Shown here piece by piece: positions 48,541 to 61,130 of a stretch of 64,000 nt of DNA. The notes beneath the pieces were generated by a model. It saw nothing but the letters and a program-made list of their open reading frames with translations, was not told the origin of the DNA and ran no database searches. Location of the stretch: positions 21,080,001-21,144,000 of the forward strand of contig CM060734.1 of assembly GCA_030704615.1 (NCBI GenBank), in the 5' to 3' direction. Both the position numbers and the translations under genes were made by a program. This stretch comes from Takakia lepidozioides. Lineage: Eukaryota > Plantae > Bryophyta. Within the stretch, counting starts at the first letter, position 1. Every line of letters starts with the position of its first letter.

Positions 48541-50114
48541 TGCCCGCGCGGGTATAGGTGGTACACCTTCTAATACCGTACATTTAGTCATTTTTAGAGA
48601 TATAACTTTGGTTCTTCAGCTTTGCTCGTATCTCGAGCCTATCCCGAACCTGGAATCTGGCTTCGGGTTTGCTTCGGGGTAGGTTCGAAAACTCTGCTCA
48701 TGGCTGATGGCTCGTCTGCTCATCGCTCATGGAAAATACAGACCCTTCGGGAGGTTGTTGCTGAGCCGGATAATGTTCCCGTGGCTCAGTTGAGCACACC
48801 CCCGGCCACCAAGACGGGTGAAATGTACTTTGGCAAGCGCATCACCCGTTCGGCGTCCCGGTATGGGGAGCTTTTGGATCTCACCCCGCCACCGGCCCCT
48901 TCCTCCGCAGCAAAGGCTGCACTTGCCAAGGCTCGAGGTCAGTTTCAAAGGCCTCGGGAAGTGCCAGTGTCTCAGATGAGGGAGGAGGAGAGGAGGGCGA
49001 CCAATGAGAGGGCTGAGTTGTACAAGCGCCTCGTCGTAGCCGAGGATTTGGGGGGGGGGGAAGGAGGTAGGGGCTGGTGGAGAGCCTAGCCGGTCAGCGA
49101 CGCCGACCGGAGAGCCTGACCGGTTAGCAAAGAAGGGCCTGGACTACGGGGCGTCGACGGGGGCTATGGTGTTGTGGAATTTACTTCCACTGTTGCTCCG
49201 GGAGGGGATAGTGCGGGGACTTCCGACAACGGGGACTCCTCCCACATCGGGTGACACCGGGGCCGAGTCGGCCAAGGTTGCAAAGGTACAACCGTCGCAC
49301 CTTGCCCATTCCATGTTTTGCCCTTTGCTTTGGATGCCTGTAATTCTTTGTTGTTTATTTCTTTTTTTGAATTTGGGGGGAGGGGGGGGTATTCGTCTTC
49401 AGGAGGCATACTTGGCCTCATTGGTGCAGCCCAGTGAGGTTGCCAATGAGGGAGGGCACGTGGTGTTCGTGAAGGACCCGAACACCAAAGGTAAGAAGAA
49501 GAGACCTCGAACTCCCGAGGTCCCTTTTGCCATCAATGAAGGGGCTGCCAATGAGAGAGAGAGAAGGGAGAGGGAGAAGGAGAGAGAGGAAGTACCGGGG
49601 AAGGGGAAGGAGATAGTCGTCGAGAAGGGGCACGAGAAGAAGAAGAAGAAGAAGAAGAAGGAGTCCCGTGGAAATGAGGGGCTCATGGGCATGCGGGGGA
49701 GGGCAGTGGGGTAACAAAAGAGCAGGGGAAGGAGGATGCAAAGAAGGGACAGGGTGGGAAAAAAAAGAAATCCCGGGGGGCAAAAGACCTGCAAAGATTG
49801 TGGTGCCACCGGTGGAGGTCAATATGCATGGTGACCCCTGCGGTGAGTACTGGGAGGTTATGAAGAAGCAGGCCTCTGACCTCGCATCGCGGTGGTTCCC
49901 TTGGCACATTGAGTGGGCCCCTCAACAGGACCATGGCAAGAGGCGGGCGTTTGTGTTCAGGAGATAGACCGCCGGTTTCCGGGCAATTGGAGTGACACAA
50001 GGCTGATGGAGATGGTGGGGCGGAACTTGAAGGACAAGAGGTACCATGCCAGAGAGACCATTCGGAGGGCAAATGGCAAAGGGGGCCCCACCCAAAATCA
50101 TTTCACCTTCCATT

Positions 50115-50915
50115 TGTTGCATGTGCATTAATGAGGTGGATTCGATGCAACGTATGTGTGTGATTCACTAATCGTGGGGGGAGGGATGCGCTCGTTGCGG
50201 GAGAGAATGATGTGGCAAAGAAGGTCAGTTTTGAGAACTAGTAGGAGAAGTAATGAGGGACTGTGGGCCATGTACCACTAAGGCACACGACCACGAGCCA
50301 CTACCACGGGCCACTTTTTTGGCAAACCTTTTACATTGCGTAAGCAGTTAGGCAACAGTCATTAACGACCGCAGGCTGTAAACGGCTCTTTTGAGCATAG
50401 TATAAAAGGACTGCACGCAACTTAGGAATCATCATTGTATCAGTGTGTGATCAGAGCGATCCAATGTGTACTTATGCTATGATGTGGTGACTCTGAAGTA
50501 AATCAACGCTTTTCCAAGTACTTATGTGTAGAGTGACTGTGAGATGGAGAGAATGTGTATTATAAAAAAACGTGAGATGGTGAGAATGTGTATCATCTCT
50601 GAATAGATCTTGTCTGCAATCGCACATAGTGTACTACCTTGTTGTATGCTTAGAAAGAACTTAGTCACAGCTGTAGCAATACAGCTTCGCCTAAGTTCCT
50701 AGCATTACTGATTAGCAGGATACCGATTATGATCAGTCCACTTAAGCAATAGCAGGGATGTTGATTCACGGAACACAAGTGTTCCCACGGCCATTGACGA
50801 TTACTCTGTAATCGTCTTGCAGACATACCGTCGGACAACCTCTGTTAAGTGCCTTGGGAAATGGACTGCACTGTTGAAAGCCCATTTCGCTTAAGTCACG
50901 AACCAGCGGTCAACA
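50115..50915 (+). mobile_element. Solitary LTR of the same family as 4478-5299
   Basis: TGTTG...CAACA ends (left end tentative, no matching TSD) and colinear similarity with the reverse complement of 4478-5130. Confidence 0.65.
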
Positions 50916-50939
50916 CTTGCAACCTCTAGTTGATGAACT

Positions 50940-51515
50940 TAAGGAGCTATGGAGGGGGGTCCCGGCATTGGATGCTTCACTTGACCTTATGGCCGGACAA
51001 ACTTTTCAGATGAGAGGCATCTTGCTTTGGACAATGCATGATTATCTAGGTAGAACCCGCGTACATTTACTTGTCAAGGGATATTGATGAGGATTGGGAT
51101 TGATTGAAGTAGCTGCGACAGTCTTGTGCACCGTAGTGGGGTAGATGCACATGGCAACTTTTTGTCTTCGCTAATGTGGCAGGATGTCTACAAGACTTAC
51201 TGTTTGCTCGGGGATGAGCACCAAAGGGTACCACGCATGCCTGCGCGATGAACTTGATACACAAAGCTCCCACAATCTTCGCAATATGGTGTATCCCAAC
51301 TACCGCAAGTTTCTTCTTATGAGCCATCGTTGGAGAAGAAGAGACAAACACTTGTTTGATGGCAAAGAGGAGTTAGGTCCCCCCCCTTGTGACACCATCT
51401 GGGCACTTTTGGGAAGACCGATGGAAGGAGGCCCATCCGGAGGGGTCCGGTGAAGTGGAGGTGCCTGGCATGAAGCGGCTTTCAATCTTCTACATGTTGC
51501 CATATTGGGCGGTAC
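50940..51515 (+). pseudogene. CACTA/En-Spm (Tnp2-family) transposase fragment
   Basis: FQMRGILLWTMHDYLG, STKGYHAC, YRKFLLMSHRWRR..FDGKEE and GMKRLSIFYMLPYW are characteristic Tnp2/Transposase_21-region motifs; the fragment is frameshifted. Confidence 0.8.
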
Positions 51516-52758
51516 ATATTCCACAAAAACACCATCAATATTGCTATGCATGTAAGAATTTGTGGGTGGGATATATGTAGGACCTGAAGATTCGTCATCT
51601 TCTAGGGGTCAAAGCATGCTACGGTCCACCCAAAATGGACGTCACAAGCTCTCTGCGAATGCAGTGCCACATAGTAGGACTGACATGGATGTCGAGATAA
51701 GTGCATTTTGAAAGTTTAGACATGAATCATCGATCCTTATTCTGTGCTGAAACAACGGTGGTTTTTTTTTGGGAATCCATTCAGATTTGAGCATTGAACG
51801 AAGTCTAAATGCAAAAGTATGTATGATGTCCAAAATAAGATTGTGGACTATATGGAATCAAAATGAGTGGTGAAAGACTTCAATTCACATAGGAATTTCA
51901 TTGCCCAGTAGGAAGGTGACTGTTATACTTGGAAACCACAATGTAGCCCTAAAAATCAATTTTTGAGATATGTGTGAAATTTTCAAAATCTACCATTTTA
52001 TCTTGGAACATCCTAGTTCATTAGACCTTCTTCCACTCATTTTCTTGCCATGGTCCTTTCATGTGAAGTGTAGCTTTAAACACTCCCTAGGGCACTACAC
52101 AATGATATGGAGGTTTTTACGAAGGAATGAACTGCTTCATAATTTTTCATGAAGAGGGTTAGATTGATATATATTTTGGAAAAATCTAGAAAATATTGTA
52201 ACGTTCACATAAGGGCAAAGGGGTTGCATGAGACACTAAAGGTTGCTACGTATGTCATTTTGGTGAAAATATCTAAGTCGTTGGAGCTGCCTCCCGTGAG
52301 ATATGGACTGCGCTGTTGCGTCTGCCATGGAAGCTGCATTAAAAGCTTCAAGACAACAGTCTCGCACATGGAGTGTGCAAGACGACGGGTCACCCGTCGC
52401 CGGGTGGTCTGTCAAGGTAGATTTCAAAATGTCTGTGCGTTTGCAAATGGGGCCCATACACCTTTGTCCTAATGGCCTAACGTTCTATTTTGTGTTCTGT
52501 CGATACTTAAATTTGGGTCTGGTTTTCTTTTCTCTCTACTTTGCTAACAGTTGTATCAGTTTTCAATGGGGAACAAGAAGAACATAGGGTAAATGGAGAG
52601 GTAAGACCAAGCCCCCCAAATAGGGCAAAATTGACTTTGTTGGCTGCAACCAAGCCCACTGAGGATGCACGCAAATAAGCCCAGGCTGAGCGGAAAAGAA
52701 GGTCTAGGGAGAGACTTAAAGCCAAGAAAGAGGGGAGAGGTCTGCAATGCAGCTGGTA

Positions 52759-53236
52759 GGGTAGCTGCAGGATAAGGTGGACCAAAAATGGCAGATGCTG
52801 CCTTCCATGGAAGTCCATGACCAAATTTAAATTGACGATATTTCCCCAAACAATTTCAAATGACGATAGACAATGGCATGTTTAACATTTTTAGTAAAGG
52901 GTCTTACCCCAAACGTCAAAGATAATTTTTACTATAAATTTTAGTCTTTAATTTGAATAAGATTTGATATATCAAAAATTAAAATTTACATCGATTTGTC
53001 TATATTGTTCTCTAAATTGACCCCCTTACCTCAAAAGTTCAAAGCAATACACCAAAGGCACAATGGCTTATTTTGAATCCATGTATTTCCATTTGCAGCG
53101 ATGACAGTCCACAGTTGTCGAAATGTTTCTCAACATTATTGATTCTATTCAAAGCAATTCATGATATCATGCACAACAGTCACTGAAAACTGTGCCGGTG
53201 ACACTAATTTTGGTCCACCTTACCCTGCATCTACCC
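52759..53236. mobile_element. 478-bp non-autonomous DNA transposon (MITE) with GGG...CCC TIRs and a 4-bp TSD (GGTA); Sola2-like
   Basis: Left end GGGTAGCTGCAGGATAAGGTGGACCAAAA; right end TTTTGGTCCACCTTACCCTGCATCTACCC. GGTA lies at 52755-52758 and 53237-53240. Confidence 0.85.
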
Positions 53237-53680
53237 GGTACAACGTTAGTGCGTGCTACCGTAGACATTCTTGACTGGTTATAGGAGAGGACATGTTATA
53301 TTGACATACATAAGCATAGGTGGGTGGTGGCTGGAATCGCAGAGCGAGGAACAACACCAAAGATTTTAGCTACAATATTAGGATGAGTTTTTTGGAAAGT
53401 ACTGGTGCAAGAGATCGGCCATATGTTTTTGACCCATTACCCTCCATCTTGGGATTAGATATCCAAAAGGTAGGCCAAATGGCTCTAAGATGCATTACTC
53501 CGAATCTTAAAGATGGGAACCATGAAGTTAGATGAATTGAGGTTCTCTCTATGGCTCATTATGGGACCTGGATTGGTGCTTAACAGGGTAGTCTTTGTCA
53601 TGGTAGTTTCTCTTCTTTCACATCTGTGAGTTGGTACTCAAACTTCTTTGCTGCTGCTGCGTTTGGTGGAATTTTACCAG

Positions 53681-53925
53681 GTATTCAGTTGAGGTGAGGC
53701 CAGGGCGCTTTGGGGTCATAACACCGTACAAGCAACAACTATTACTGCTTCGGAATTGCTTTATTCGTGCAACATGTGACATTGAGTTCAATACTGTGAA
53801 TGGATTTCAAGGACGTGAAGTCGACATTCTGATTTTGTCCACAGTCCGGGCGACAACAGAGCGAGAGAATAATAGGAATGGTGAAGTAAATCGTGGAAGC
53901 ATTGGGTTTGTGGCTGATTACAGAA
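53681..53925 (+). pseudogene. Isolated exon-like fragment of a Sen1/Upf1-like SF1 helicase C-terminal domain
   Basis: GVITPYKQQ, NTVNGFQGREVDILILSTVR and SIGFVADYR, preceded by the acceptor ttttaccag. It is cut before the expected motif VI (NVALTRA). Confidence 0.8.
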
Positions 53926-53929
53926 CAAG

Positions 53930-54350
53930 TTAAGGACGGGGCTCTCCCATTTGTTGTCATATTCATTGCAGATTTTCCTAGTTAGTGTAAATTGGTGTAA
54001 CATTTCTATGTGCCACTTCGGAATCGAACGTTTCACAGATCTCTTGGTGTTGGGGAAACACCTTTTGATCTCAGTCCAAACCAGAATGTGGTCAGAGGTA
54101 CCAATATCAGTTCTGTCGATCAACACATTGGCACTCTGGGGAAAAAAATTATTGTCCACTATGATATAATCCACAATGGATCGTTTACCAGTTTGGGCTT
54201 TCTCACCAGTCCACTGCACAAGGTCTCCTTATGACCAATTATGCAAGGTCAAAAGCTGAAATACTTCCAGACAGTTTGTTAACCGTCTTCCATTAGAATT
54301 CAGTTTGTCCTCACCAAAATGCCCAATGGTATCATCCTGGTGAAGACCTT
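53930..54350 (-). mobile_element. LINE AP-endonuclease C-terminal fragment
   Basis: RSIVDYIIV and GTSDHILVW match the APE SxIDY and SDH motifs. Confidence 0.7.
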
Positions 54351-54373
54351 TACCCACAGGGAAGGCAAAATGG

Positions 54374-55085
54374 ATGGTTAAAAACTATCCGACCTCCAAC
54401 GGTTCGGGGGATTCCATTTTGGGGAAAGGCCCAAGCCCATCCACATACGTGCAATCTCCTAGGGCAGAGGATGCATTATGGGACGACTCCATACCCCAGA
54501 TGGTCACCAGTCAGCCAGTTCTGCAATTGGACAAGGGAAAGCTCAAAACGCAGATGGAAAAGCTTACGCAAAGGGGGATCCTCATCTATTTCCATGGGAA
54601 ACTTAAATCCAGGAGCTCGGTACGCACTTGGATAGTGGAGCACCTCGGAGCGGAGGGAGGTCTTCCCCATCACAATTGCCTCTCCATGGGTAGAGGTTTC
54701 TATTTGGCCCTTTTCAGTTCATCGGAGGAAGCAGAGCTGGCTCTAAAATTCAACACGCAGATGTCTGCGGTCAAGGTCTTCCTCTTCCCGTGGATCCACG
54801 ATTGGGGTCACAAAGAGGGTGTGATGTGGAAACCCAGGGTCATCGCCATTCCTTACCTCCCTGCCACTTACTTGACTTCCCTACCAGAGATTGGCGCCAG
54901 CTTCGGCACCTTCATTGGTTCGTTGAATGTCTACGAGCCGGTTCAAGACAACATCAGGAGCGTTGACAACAAAGCTGCAATTTATGACTACTCCAAAGAC
55001 AGCGGAGTACCTAAGTTGGTTGTCTTAATGCCGGAGACTGAGCGGATTGGCTCCTCGATCAAACTGCCAACTTTGGATGATTCGT
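54374..55085 (+). mobile_element. L1-type ORF1 (DUF4283-like) fragment
   Basis: MGRGFYLALFSSSEEAELALK..VFLFPW..IPYLP..EIGASFGTFI follows the plant LINE ORF1 pattern. Confidence 0.6.
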
Positions 55086-55089
55086 TCAT

Positions 55090-55605
55090 AGTCGTTGCAA
55101 ACCGAACGATTTCCTCTGTTGAATTCATGTCGTACTTCAAACCCGAGCTACAGGCTTTTGTTCATCATAACTTTGTAGCCTGATGGCAAGATGCTCAATT
55201 TAAAGCTAGTTTGAAATCTTTGCCGGAGAATACAATATTGTCTGTTGTTGACTTTGCTGAAAACTACACTTTTTTTCAGTTCAGAACGAAGTGCAAGAGA
55301 TGCACTGGCACAGTTTCCAGATCACTATATTGGTGCACATTACCTATCAGCGTAATCCACACCTTGATCTGAATGATCCCGATTCCAAGGTTTTGAAAGA
55401 AATGCACTTTTACATTTCTGATGACAACAAGCATGACACGCTGTTCGTACAACATTGCTTCCGGTTTCATTGGAATTACCTTGATGAAGCATGGTTCAGA
55501 CCAAAATCGCATTGGGTATGGAGTGACGGTTGCGCTGCTCAGTTTAAAAGAGGTCGTCCTTGGTATTTTGTTAGTAGGTACCCCCACATCACAGGGGGTT
55601 GCACT
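55090..55605 (+). pseudogene. Sola2-type DNA transposase catalytic fragment
   Basis: FVHHNFVA*WQDAQF, SVVDFAENY, (Q)NEVQEMHW, YISDDNKHD and WVWSDGCAAQFK, with one stop and one frameshift. Confidence 0.7.
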
Positions 55606-55849
55606 TCTAGATTATGAATTGTAACCTGTGGCCAAATAACAAAGCTACATACATACAAATTCACAAAACAATCTCTCAGCTCACAAGCAACTTGTAATTC
55701 ACATTGCTACATATTTGAGTCACATAACCCAAAGGGGAGTTGAACCCCATCCCAATAAGGGAGGTTGTCTGTCAACCATGGGTTGGTCTGCAAAATGCCA
55801 CAAGTGTTAGTAATTCATAAGGCAAAAGTACTGATTAGTTGTCCATTGT

Positions 55850-56090
55850 TTAGTGATCTTCTATTGCTGCCAGAGCTTCATTGATGCCTTCCAGTGCATC
55901 CGCAGATAAGGTGAAGACTGGATCCTTGCCTTTGACTTGATATGTCGCTGGAGGCATAGCAAATTTCACAGCCCTCACCAAATGCGAATACACAAATGCC
56001 AAAGGCTGGTCAAACAGGAACTTGTAAGCCTTATCTCTTCTTCCACACAACTGATAATATCTCCCTACAACCACATGCTTCATTTGTTTT
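55850..56090 (-). pseudogene. Protein C-terminal fragment, possibly the tail of a Sola2-type transposase
   Basis: VVVGRYYQ..FVYSHLVRAVKFAMPP..VFTL reads as a real coding tail. The family assignment is from recall only. Confidence 0.35.
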
Positions 56091-57864
56091 CCTATTTTGC
56101 AGGCTATGGCTGAAGAGGCTGTGGCTGTGGCCAAATTTGTAACTGTTCAGAGGATCCTTAGGCCCTCACATTCGTCACAATAAATTTTGTATTATTTTTC
56201 TTATACTCACTCTCTCAGCATGTGTGGGCTCCAGCCAAAAATAGGTGAACAGTAAGGTTGGGGTGGAGTATATATGACTGTTGTGTGGTGTGACATTTGG
56301 ACATGGCCTGAAAGTTGAAGGTGGGAGCTAAAATCTCTGTCTACTGGTGGGATTTTTGTGCAGATGTCTCTCTTTCTCTGTCACTTCCTCTTTTCATCGA
56401 TTATCATTTTTCCCTTTTCCTAGACCTCGTTTCCCTTAAATGAAAATAATTTACACTTTGAGTATGATTCAGGCAATTTTAATGTACTACGCCTTTTCAA
56501 TTTACTTTGCCTTGCAGGGGCCAGTTACTCCTATTATGGAGCATGCTTGAATAATTGTAAATGCCGTGTTTCCACTCCAATCTTCATTTGACTCCCAGAT
56601 GCGAGGATCTGAGACAAGATATTTGCTCTGGGCAGGTGGTGATGATAAAGAAATCGTAGAATTCAGCGGGAACAAGAGCAAGACGGGTAGGGTATCCTGG
56701 CGGTCAAATGATCCAGTTCAAATTGTAGAAGACACGGCCGTCTCTGAAGGAGCAGATATGACAAACCTTGAAGAGTCTCTGATAGGTCAAGCAGGACAAG
56801 GTACAGAAGAGCAGGTTGCTTCACATTTGGACTTGCCAAGCAAAACTGAGGTGTGGCCTTAAGAGCTGAAAACTCGGCAATTGTCAACAATATAGAGGAG
56901 GCGGGGCAACACCCTAGTAGACCTGGGAAAAGAAAGACAGGTGCAAAGGTAGGGAGCATACCTATCAGTAGAAAATCAACAAAGAACAATAACGTGCATG
57001 CCCTCAATCCATGTCATGTGTCCATTGTGAGCTACTCAAAAAACCATAAGGGCAAATCCGACTCACATGGCCTGGCTGGGCACCTAATGGCAACAACTAA
57101 TACATCCTCTGCCATTTCTAAACTACTCATAAAACTAAAAGATCAACAATGAACAGCAATGTGCATGCCCTCAATCCATGTCCTGTGCCCTTTCCGAACT
57201 ACTCAAAAAAGCCTGGTTCTGGAGATAAATCTCCAGACCTACAATCTGCTTTGCAATGCTATGATACCTTCAGACTGGCTATTTTTTTAGGGAGGTGACT
57301 TATTCAAAAATTGGATTCTAAAACAGTAACTTTTATAGTCCAGCAAGTAGCATAGCATGGCAGTTTCAAATACTTTTTCATGGCCTAAACCTGGTCATGA
57401 TACACCTTACTAAGTGCTGTGATAAAACTAAGCAAGATAAAACTAAGCAAGAAAGTTGGTAAACTATTTTAGAACACAGACTATATCATGAAACCTCATG
57501 ATGTTTGTTGTGTCCTGGTTTATGTCAATTTGTCACCAGAAAGCACTATATAAACTGGCAGAAAAATTTGTTGACTCAGTTGTTACTTGAAGTACCTTAT
57601 TTAAAGATCTGGAGTACTATCTTCAGACATACATTCTACTTTTATGTGTTGTACAATCTGTATTTATACTGATGATTGGTTGATATAACCAAGCCTATTT
57701 CTACTATGAATGACATGGAATCTTAAGGCATATAGGGCTGGTTGGTGCATTTCCAACTTGAAATGCTTTGAGCCTGGTTCTGAAGATAAATCTCCAGACC
57801 TGCAATCTGCTTTTGAATTGAGTCTACAATCTGCATATGTGGTGGTAGATGTTTTATATCAAAC

Positions 57865-59774
57865 CAAGTATCTTTCTGCGTTCTGTGGGGGATGGGTGGG
57901 TGCAGGGCTAGGGGGTATATTAGGTTCTGGAGGTGATGTACTAGCGGGTTGATGTGGGCAAGATGGGAGGGTAGGTGGTGTTGTCAAGGGTGGGGGTTGG
58001 TATCCGGGTATGCCTGCCGTGGCCTGGAGAGTGGCAGTGAGAATTTGTTCGGACAGAAATGGGAATTTGTTGGCAATGTTGTTGAGCTCTTGTGTGACTT
58101 CAGTTGGGTGGGCCAGATATTCACCTAGTTTTTATGGACTTCCCCTGGCTGTGCTTGCATCAGGTGGAGAGAGTCGTGTAGGTTGTGTAGATAGTGCGGG
58201 GGTGCTAGGTATTTTTGGGGGTGACGGAGGTAAGTTATGTATTTGTTGCAGTAGTGAGCATATGTCTGTGTCTGGTTGGCTCCTAAAATAGTCGTCACAT
58301 ATTGAGGGTATTGGGGAGATGATTAGGATTAGTGAGAAAATGGGTGTTGTATGTGTGTAGTTTTTGGGTGGCGTGAACTAGGGAAGGGTTGTAACAGGCT
58401 GGGAGTCCAAAGGTGGCAATTGGGTGTGTAGGTTTATGGGTGTTGGTGGTGGGGTGAGGCAGAAAAGGAGAGAAGTGGTCACTGAGGCGTTGAAATGCTG
58501 GTACGAGGGAGACAGTGTCTCTCTGGAAGTATAATTCATATCGTTCTTGATGGTCTGTGGGGAGTGTGTCAATGATGCTGGTGATGGTGGCGGGGCCGGG
58601 GTTTGGGTGAACGTCGCCACACCGTAGGAGGAGAAGTGCCCCACAGGCAAGTTTAAAGGAGTGGTCGTGGGAGGGGGGGTGGTGAAATGAGTGTTTGGAG
58701 GCTAGAGATTTCTGGTGATATCTTCCATGTGGGCAATGAGTGATAAGGTATGTGTTGAGAGATCGGTAGATGGGTGCACGTAAGGGGTGGGGATGGTAAT
58801 GGCGGTGTTGAGATATATGGCAATAGACAGTATGGTGAGGGACAGTGGGGCTTGTCGTGGGTGCATGTGGGGAGGGGTCATATGACGGGGAGTAGTTATG
58901 TGGCATGTGGTTATTAAGAGGTAAGGCATGGAGGTAGAACAGAGGGGTTAAAGGTCTTGGGTGGGTGCAGGTTGTGGTATTGAGTGCCGTGCCTAGCTGA
59001 TGAGTAGGTAAGTAAGGTGGATGAATGGCATCGTTTAGGGGCATGGGTGGGAGACCCTTTGAGTGGATGTAATTGTGGTAGCCTATGGCGGGGTTAGGAG
59101 TACGTGGAGCTTGGAGGTGCTTTGTTGCGGCGTAGGGCCTAGTGGTAACAAAGGGTAGATGGTAGGGAGTGGAGTGTAACTTGGGTAAGAGGGGATCAAG
59201 AGATTCAAATATATCGGCTGAGAGGGCCTCTGGGTAGGGGGTATGTGGTCGCGAATGTAGGTGTGTGTATGCGGTAGTAGAATGGTGACAAGTGCGAGAA
59301 TTGTGTACGCAGAATGTGTTTGCAGAAGAGCTTCGCGTGGTAGCTGTAAAGTGATGGCATACCATAGAAGTAAAAATGAGTACATGGAAGATGCAGAGAG
59401 TAGCAAGAAAAAGAGTGATAAATCATGTGCTAATTGTAAATGGAAAGGTGCGGTGGGTTGGCGGAGTAGGTTGGTGTTGTCTCTAGTGTGGTGTTGACGA
59501 TTGCACTGTATGATTACTCATTGGCGACGTTGTTTGCTGCTGCAGTAGGGCCCTGCATAAGGGCGTTGGTGATGCGCAGGTGGTGGCCTGGCGTGGCGAG
59601 CATCGTATGGGCTGGGCCTGTTACTGCCTGGGCCAGAGGTGAATCAGCAATGTTGAATTTCGGAGGAGATATGTGCTGGAGCTGAACTACGGGAGCTGAC
59701 GGGTAAGGTCCTGAATGGGCGACAATCCCCTCATTGATTTCCTCGAATCCTGCAGCGAGAGTGGGTACACTAGC
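57865..59774 (-). mobile_element. LINE-like fragment: ORF1 tail plus His/Pro/Thr-rich ORF2 start containing a 2A-like peptide
   Basis: ORFs 59514..59807 and 58295..59365; ALLLLRCGDVHPNPGP at 58592-58639. Same strand-biased composition as 1-1726. Confidence 0.55.
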
Positions 59775-59786
59775 GGGGGGGGGGGG

Positions 59787-61130
59787 TAGATGCATATATT
59801 GGTACAAATTTCTTTTCAGATCGTTTTTTATCTTAAGGCAGACAGTTTAGGCATTGTAATGCCAAAACAGGGCAGTTTGTGAGTTATCTAGGAATCGCTG
59901 GTAAAGCACGTAGGAACTTAGATCATGTCTGAGACGACCATGGAGAGAAGCTATGGCGTCAAAATGACCGTAGGACGCTGCATCGACAGCGAATTAGGCT
60001 GCCAATTTGGTACCAGTAACGACAACATGCACCTGTTCGAAACAATACATGACGACTGTTCCAGTCCCGGATTGCAATCTCTCTATTCTCCCGCCTTTCA
60101 AGTCCAGTAGGAGCACACGGCGAGGAGTATTGGCAATTGGAGGAAACAATCTGTATAGCGATGAAATATCGCGACAAAGTAAGTGCTGCATCGGAGCAAA
60201 CGACGGGTGAAGGAGCTTCCCGGCGAAGTTTTGAACTCCTCAGCAATGCAAAGTGAGTAGGAGGGAACTCCAGAAGATCTATGACCTAGTGACAGGGCCA
60301 AAGACCCCCTGGGGCACCACCAGTATTTTAACTGCCAGGAAGCGGCAGACTGCTTGTATGGCGAAACCATGGAAACCAGCGAAAGGATTGGCTTTTCTTC
60401 CCCGATTCCCTTGAGAATTTACAAGCAGCTACATGGCATCTAATCATAATTTTTCAACAAGTTTGGTGATTTTTGGAGGTGATGAAAGACGACATCAAAT
60501 TATCAAACCGGAGGAAGTTGCGAAGGGCGATTAAATGGAATTTTAGCTCATCTAATGGATGAAAAATGGAAGTTCGACCTGCAAGCTGAATGGATGAAAA
60601 GAAAACCTAGCGCCAACTGGTCATCCATTGGATGGATGAAGAAACCACATTTATCATTATCTCCAAGGTTTTCCATCCATGATTAGTAGTTTATTGTGTT
60701 CTATCGTTTTTAAATTATAGACTCATGTAGGAAATAATAGTTTAAGACTATCCTTCACTAGTTTAAGAGGCCCCAAAAACACAATAAAAGAAGAGCAAGC
60801 TCATCTTTGTTCTTCATCTAGACTCATTTCTTTGCTTTGGCCTTTTGCTTGTATAGTTCGTTTTGAGCTTGAGGGAGCTAGATCCTAGAGGGTTGAGCTT
60901 ATGGCTCTCTAGTAGTAGAAGCGAGCATAGTGAGAGCGGGATAGTCCTAGCTCAAGGCCTTGTGGACATCTGAGGCAAGAAGTAGAGGAAGCACTCCATG
61001 AAGTGGGAGACTTGAGAACGAGTAGGAGGCCGGAGGAGGACCAGATTTGAGTACCATTCTACCGAGCGATTTAGTGCATCCCGAGCTCCACTTGTTTCAG
61101 AGGGTGACTTCCCATATTATCTTGACCTCT
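59787..61130 (+). mobile_element. Second copy of the LTR-like repeat at 42780-44180
   Basis: Colinear reverse-complement similarity. It begins immediately after a G12 run. Confidence 0.6.

Noticed and set aside
48700-50110. CACTA accessory (TnpA-like) gene
   Set aside because: Plausible from context and the VNMHGDPCG segment, but too fragmented and low-complexity to support a call.
53320-53535. Receptor-kinase C-terminal fragment (DP..KVGQMALRC)
   Set aside because: Only a weak resemblance, with no catalytic kinase motifs.
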